Positions 52,370 to 58,880 of a stretch of DNA of 58,880 nt are shown here, piece after piece (position 1 is the stretch's first letter; each line of letters opens with the position of its first letter). Both the position numbers and the translations under genes were made by a program. Under the pieces are notes generated by a model. That model searched no databases, was not told the DNA's origin, and saw only the letters and a program-made list of their open reading frames with translations. This DNA comes from Octopus bimaculoides (taxonomy: Eukaryota), in contig NC_068990.1 in assembly GCF_001194135.2 (NCBI RefSeq), positions 34,214,524-34,273,403 on the forward strand, in the 5' to 3' direction.

Positions 52370-52600
52370 ACACATTGTGTATATGCATGTGTGTCTTTGT
52401 GTCTGTATTTGTTCCCACATTCACAACTTGACAACCAATACTGGTTTGTTTATGTCCCAGTAAATTAGCAATTTGATGAAGAAAAATCAACTAAATACCA
52501 GACTTAAAACATAAGTACTGGGTTAGATTTGGTTGACTAAACCTGGCAAGGCATTGCACATGATCACGATCCAATGACCGAAACAAATAAAAGATAAATT
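52370..52600 (+). mobile_element. SINE family A 3' half
   Basis: gtgtctgtatttgttcccac...cttgacaaccaatactgg...gaccgaaacaaataaaagat. Confidence 0.75.
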
Positions 52601-52633
52601 ATGTGTTCATGAATAAGCAATATACATCTATTG

Positions 52634-52683
<50 letters not shown>

Positions 52684-52783
52684 GTGTGTGTGTTCAATAT
52701 GATATATTTAGATTCTTTATATATTCATGTATACATAATGTGTATGTATATCATTTATGTATATATATATATATATTTTAAAT

Positions 52784-53510
52784 AGAAGACCTGTTGGTGA
52801 AAGTGAAATCGTGATGGCACCTGTAGCAGTGGAGCGCTAAGAGCACCGTCCAAGCGTGATTGTTGCCAGAGTAGCTGTCTGGCTCTTGTGCTGGTGGCAC
52901 GTAAATAGCACCATTTGAGCGTGATCATTACCAACGTCGCGTTCGTGGCACTTGTGCAGGTGGCACGTAAAATACACCATTTCAAGCATGTCCGTTGCCA
53001 GTACCACCTGACTGGCCTTCGTGCCAGCGGCACATAAAAGCACCCACTACACTCTCGGAGTGGTTGGTGTTAGGAAGGGCATCCAGCTGTAGAAACTCTG
53101 CCAAATCAGATTGGAGCCTGGTGTGGCCACCTGGTTCACCAGTCCTCAGTCAAATCGTCCAACCCATGCTAGCATCGAAAGCAGATGANNNNNNNNNNNN
53201 NNNNNNNNNNNNNNNNNNNNNNNNNNNNNNNNNNNNNNNNNNNNNNNNNNNNNNNNNNNNNNNNNNNNNNNNNNNNNNNNNNNNNNNNNNNNNNNNNNNN
53301 NNNNNNNNNNNNNNNNNNNNNNNNNNNNNAGCGGCACATAAAAGCACCCACTACACTCTCGGAGTGGTTGGTGTTAGGAAGGGCATCCAGCTGTAGAAAC
53401 TCTGCCAAATCAGATTGGAGCCTGGTGTGGCCACCTGGTTCACCAGTCCTCAGTCAAATCGTCCAACCCATGCTAGCATCGAAAGCAGATGATAAACGAT
53501 GATGATGTTA
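52784..53510 (+). mobile_element. RTE-tailed SINE-like element (family C) with tandem ~65-bp modules and (GAT)n tail; 3' 163 bp duplicated across a gap
   Basis: Three GTGC..GGCAC-TAAA-GCACC modules, gttaggaagggcatccagc, tail gatgatgatg; related copies at 54300-54620 and 57570-57770. Confidence 0.85.
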
Positions 53511-54107
53511 AAATTATCTCATTAAGGGATGAAAATATCCAATAAATTGCTTGCTCATTCTATTCATAAAATAATAGGTTTAGGTATAATTCTTTGTTTA
53601 TAAATATTTAAATTAAAATTCAGAAAACAGAAATGTAGCATTAATATAGTTAGTTAATTGCAAAAATTCATATTCTCTTACAGCTGTTTCAATTTTGCAC
53701 AAAGAATTAATTCAGTAATTAAATCATTCTATTAGGAAAAAATCTCACTATTTCTTATACATATGTATGTATGTAGGTATATATATATATGTATATATAT
53801 ATGTATGCATATGTATATATATGTGTGTGTATATATGTGTGTGTATATATGCATGTGTATATTTATGTGTATATATGCATGTGTATATGTANNNNNNNNN
53901 NNNNNNNNNNNNNNNNNNNNNNNNNNNNNNNNNNNNNNNNNNNNNNNNNNNNNNNNNNNNNNNNNNNNNNNNNNNNNNNNNNNNNNNNNNNATATATATA
54001 TATATATAAACACAATATATATATATATACATGAACAATGTATATGATGTGTATATATATATATATATATAAACACAATATATATATATACATGAACAAT
54101 GTATATG

Positions 54108-54150
<43 letters not shown>

Positions 54151-54154
54151 TACA

Positions 54155-54620
54155 ATGCAGGAGTGGTTAGTAGCTTGCTGACCAACCACATAGTTCTGGG
54201 TGGAGTCCCATTGAGTGACACCATGCATGTGTTTGTGTGTCTTTATCTGTCCAGCCTTGCTTGACTGCTGAGGTTGGTATGCCCATGCCCCATTGCCTCC
54301 AGTGCCAGAGGCACGCAAAATGCACTTGCCATACAGGCCTGATGGCAGTAGCCCCTAACTGGTTCCTGTGCTGGCTGCACGTGAAAAGCACCATCTGAAC
54401 TTAATCGATGCCAGTCTTTCTTGACTGGCTCCTGTGCTAGTGGCACATAAGAAACACCCACTACACTCTTAGAGTCGTTGGCGTTAGGACGGGCATCCAG
54501 CGGTAGAAGCATTGCCTGGTCAGATTGCAGACTGGTGCATCCGCTGGCTCGTCAGACCTCAGTCGCACCATCCAACCAATGCCAGCATGGGAAAATGGAC
54601 TTTAAATGATGATGATGATG
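54155..54620 (+). mobile_element. Family A head followed by a family C element
   Basis: gcaggagtggttagtagcttgctgaccaaccacatag head; modules at 54302-54460; tail gactttaaatgatgatgatgatg. Confidence 0.75.
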
Positions 54621-54687
54621 CTGTGCAGTATGTATATATTTATGCAACTTATATATATAAATAAGTATATATACAGTATGTACATAT

Positions 54688-55091
54688 TTTTCTTTTATTC
54701 TTTTAATTGCTCGTCATTTGGCTGCGGCCATGCTGGAGCACCGCCTTTAATCTAGCAACTCGAACCCAGGACTTATTCTTTGTAAGCCAAGTACTTATTC
54801 TACCAGTCTCTTTTGCTGAACTGCTAAGTTATGAGAACATAAACACACTAGCATCTCTTGTCAAGTAATGTTGGGGGATGAACACAAACACATAAACATA
54901 TACACACCTATACGTATATATACTTATATATGACGAGCTTTTTGCAGTTTCCGTCCACCAGATTCACTCACAAGGCTTTGGTCAGCCCGAGGCTATAGTA
55001 TAACACACTTCGCCGAGGTGCCACACAATGGGACTGAACCCGGAACCATGTGGTTCATAAGCAATCTACTTACCACACAGCTCCTGCGCCT
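54688..55091 (-). mobile_element. Full-length SINE family A, reverse orientation
   Basis: tcttttattctttta...ggccatgctggagcaccgcc...ggactgaacccggaaccatgtgg...taccacacagctcctgcgcc. Confidence 0.9.
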
Positions 55092-55398
55092 ATATCTATC
55101 AATCTATCTATCTATATTACATACATTTGTATATATGTATGTGTGTGTATACACATATGTTTATATATTTGTGTATGTGTGTATATATATGTATGTGTAT
55201 ATATGTGTGTATATATATATATACACACACACACATATTGGTATATATATCTATTACAAGTGTGTATATATATATATATATATATATGTGTGTATAAATA
55301 TGCATATATTTACATATATATGCATGTGTATATGTGTTTGTGCATATATATGCATATATATCTGTATATATATGTGCATGTGTATATATATGTATATC

Positions 55399-55435
<37 letters not shown>

Positions 55436-55536
55436 CTGTATATATGCATGTGTATATGTGTGTGTGTATCTATATGTGTGTATATATATGTATATGTATG
55501 TTTGTATGTGTATATATGCATATGTGTGTGTGTGTG

Positions 55537-55573
<37 letters not shown>

Positions 55574-56230
55574 GTAAAATACATTAAATGTCACTTTGAA
55601 TCTTGCTCACTTGCAATGGTATCCAACCAAGCTGGCGCATTATGGGAAAATACTATGAAGTCTGTGTACCCCAAAACGTTAATACAAATGGAATGAAACA
55701 AATTTTGTGTAATTTGGAGCAGTAGGTATTGAGGTATTTGGGGTCTGGGTGTATAAATACCAAAAGCGGTGGAAAATAGGAAGGTTTTCCAAATATACCT
55801 TCATCCTGAAAGGAAAGAAACTATAATCTTTTGATTAGAAAGAGGTCTGTTGGCATAGAAATACGATATATTTTCGCTTTCATTAAACACAATATTTTAA
55901 TCATTTCGAAATATTTTTATGTGAATCCAATTTCAAAAATGTAAGTTTTTTATAGTCAGTATTTATGTTAGAGTTCTTTACACACACAATATTTTCAATA
56001 TTTTAAAAATTATTTTCAAGTCAATACAATTGCAAAAGTTTGTTTTGGCATATTCAAAAAAATATTTTAAATTGTTCCCTGCTATTTTTAGCATGGCCTG
56101 CTACTATGTAACAGCTATTTGCGATACAGGACCTGAAATAGCTCTTAGATGATAGCAGGGCATGCAAGAAATAGCAACCATTTCTTTCTTTTTATGTGTG
56201 TGTGTGTCTGTCTCTATATATACATGCATA

Positions 56231-56284
<54 letters not shown>

Positions 56285-56360
56285 TATGCATGTGTGTATG
56301 TATATATATATATATATGTTAGTATATATATATAGATATATATATATGTATATATATGTT

Positions 56361-56712
56361 AGACTGTGTGGTAAGTAGCTTGCTTACCAACTACATGGTC
56401 CCGGGTTCAGTCTTCTATAGCCTCGGGCTGACCAAAGTATTGTGAGAGGATGCGTTAGACGGAAACTGAAAGAAGCCCATCGTATGTATGTATGTATGTA
56501 TGTATATATATATGTATGTATGTGTTTGCCCCCTAACATCACTTGACAACCGATGCTGGTGTGTTTATGTCCCCGTCACTTAGCGATTTGGCGAAAGAAG
56601 CCAATAGAATAAGTACTAGGCTTACAATGAATATCTCCTGGGGTCGATTTCTTCAACTAAAGGTGGTGATCCAGCATGCCCGCAGTCAAATGACTGAAAC
56701 AAGTAAAAGAGT
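56361..56712 (+). mobile_element. SINE family A
   Basis: gactgtgtggtaagtagcttgc...ggttcagtc...cagcatgcccgcagtcaaatgactgaaacaagtaaaagag. Confidence 0.9.
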
Positions 56713-57534
56713 ATATATATGTTAGAGTATATATATATATATATATATACACATGTGTGTGTGTGTGTGTGTTAGTATATATGTATCTATATATCTATAC
56801 ATATAAATTTGACATGGACAATGCTTTCTTGTCTTAGGATTCATGGTCAAACAGCTGGGTGGAAGTGCATGAAAATTAACATAGATATGTAGAATGATCC
56901 AGTGGTGCTGCTGGGCTTTGTATCTTTTTCATAGCTCCCGTGGTTACCAAGATAATCTACTATAATAATACTCTTGTGTTTATGAATGAGGAAGGAAGGG
57001 GTGATGTCATACTTGGTAATGGGATGATGATAATTGTATGCTGAAAACGATAAATCAAACTGTGTTTCAACTCTGTGTGAATATATGAATATGTATGTAA
57101 AAGGTTGGTATGTGTATGTGTGGGTGTGCAGTGGAAGTGGGATGGTTCATCTTTGTTCGCTTAGTATTTGGGTTTAATTTTGATTTGGTTGAATTTTGGT
57201 TGTTTTTTTTTGTGGTCAGTTATTTTTAGTGTTTTGACAGGAAAAAGTGATTCTAAAATCGTTTTTTAGTGTAAGCATGCCCAAAGAAATCAAATGCTTA
57301 CACAGGGCAGGTTTTACAGCCACATCATCCAAACTGACAGGGTGAAAGTGGGCTGAGCTGCTAGTGTATATATGTGTATATATGTATATATATATGTGTA
57401 TATATGTATATATAAATGTGTATATAAATATGTATATATGAATGTGTATATAAATATGTATATAAAAATGTGCATATATGAATGTGTATATAAATATGTA
57501 TATAAAAATGTGCATATATGTATATGTATATCTA

Positions 57535-57770
57535 ATCGAAATCGAACTAAATTTGTAGACTGGCACCCATGCCAACGTCTTCATTGAACACTAAACTCGG
57601 CTTGCGAAGACCTGTTGGGGCAAGCGAAAGCGAAATTGTGATGGCACCAGTACCAGTAAATCACTAAGAGCACCGCCCGAGCTTGATCGTTGCCAGTGCA
57701 ACAGCTGTCAGGCTTTCGTGCCGGTGGCACGTAAATAGCACCATTTGAGCCTGACCGTTACCAACGTGTA
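57535..57770 (+). mobile_element. Family C element, 5' part, truncated in (TA)n
   Basis: gaagacctgttggg...gtgatggcacc...ctaagagcaccg...gtgccggtggcacgtaaatagcacc; homologous to 52784-52940. Confidence 0.8.
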
Positions 57771-58343
57771 TATATATATATCTATATATATATATATATG
57801 TATGTGTATATATATGTGTATATGTATGTATGCATGTATGTATATACATATATATATGTGTGTGTGTGTATATGTCTATATGTATGCATATCTATATATG
57901 GATGTATGTATGTATATATGTCCCTGATGAAATGATTACAGTTTTCCATCATTTTATTCCCTCTGGAGTAATACCAATGTTTTCTTCGAAACATGTTGGA
58001 AGTATAAAGATTTGAATAACACCTGTGTTTAACTCCAATTCTTAATTTATCTATGTCAAGCAAAACCATTTCACTAAACCCTGGAACTTCTACCTTTGTA
58101 AGTAGGCTGTAACATCCCTGGCAATTTTGTGTATTTTTGCTACCCTGGTAACTATTTATTTTTTTTCATGTTATATGTACACATTGAAAAAATACACATA
58201 CATTTATGTGTGTGTATATATATATATATATATGTATATGTGTATGTAAATCTATGTATATATATGTATGTAAATGTATGTATGTATATATACATATGCA
58301 TGTATATGTATGTATATGTGTTTGTACATATGTAAAAATTATG

Positions 58344-58733
58344 TAGGCACTGGCTTGTTTCACGATATGGTTCTGGGTTCAGTCCCACTGCGTGATACCA
58401 AGTGTCTTCTACTTTGACCTCAGGCCGACCAAGACTTTATGATTGGAAACGGTACACGGAAACTGAAAGAAGCCAGTCGTATTTATATATATATATTTAT
58501 ATATATAAATATATAAATATATATTTATATGCCTATGTTGTCACCCCCACCATAGCTTGACAACCGATGTTGATCTGTTTACATCCCTAAAACTTAGCGG
58601 TTTGGCAAAAGAGACTGATAGGATAAGTACTAGGCTTACAAAAAATAATTCCTGGAATTGATTTGTTCAACTGAAGGTGTTGCTCTTTCATAGCCACAGT
58701 CAAATGACTGAAATGGTTAAAAGAATAAAAGAA
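58344..58733 (+). mobile_element. SINE family A
   Basis: ggttctgggttcagtcccactgcg...ggaaactgaaagaagcc...gtcaaatgactgaaa...aaaagaataaaaga. Confidence 0.9.
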
Positions 58734-58844
58734 TGTATGCATATATATATTCTATATACATATTGTATATATATGTATATACATTTTACATATATATATA
58801 TATATATATATATGTATTGTGTATATATATTGTATGTATTTATA

Positions 58845-58878
<34 letters not shown>

Positions 58879-58880
58879 GT

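Overview
AT-rich, microsatellite-saturated animal genomic DNA from a draft assembly with 12 N-gaps. The tRNA-headed SINEs, RTE-type LINE debris and (TA)n/(CA)n density suggest an octopus or other coleoid cephalopod; this is inference, not a database match. There is one real protein-coding signal: a + strand exon (26294-26519) encoding the N-terminus and first half of RRM1 of an ELAV/Hu-family neuronal RNA-binding protein. It lies in a ~7 kb transposon-free region (about 19.7-27 kb) carrying several candidate alternative 5' exons. It is followed by a >32 kb intron, and I could not find the next RRM1 exon (QSLGYGFVNY-like) in the window. The remainder is SINEs, decayed RTE LINEs, several Tc1/mariner/pogo relics, piggyBac-type MITEs and simple repeats. 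Leads worth testing: (1) a ~2.2 kb 26-bp intronic minisatellite whose sense RNA consists of tandem UCAU (Nova-type) and CU-rich (PTB-type) motifs; (2) alternative first exons that splice in phase 0 onto an open leader; (3) a degenerate Penelope-type hammerhead ribozyme in sense orientation in the intron; (4) candidate poison and micro-exons; (5) a roughly helically phased motif array upstream of the putative promoter. All regulatory interpretations are untested hypotheses. Almost all ORFs in the supplied track are artefacts of microsatellites, pyrimidine tracts or N-runs.
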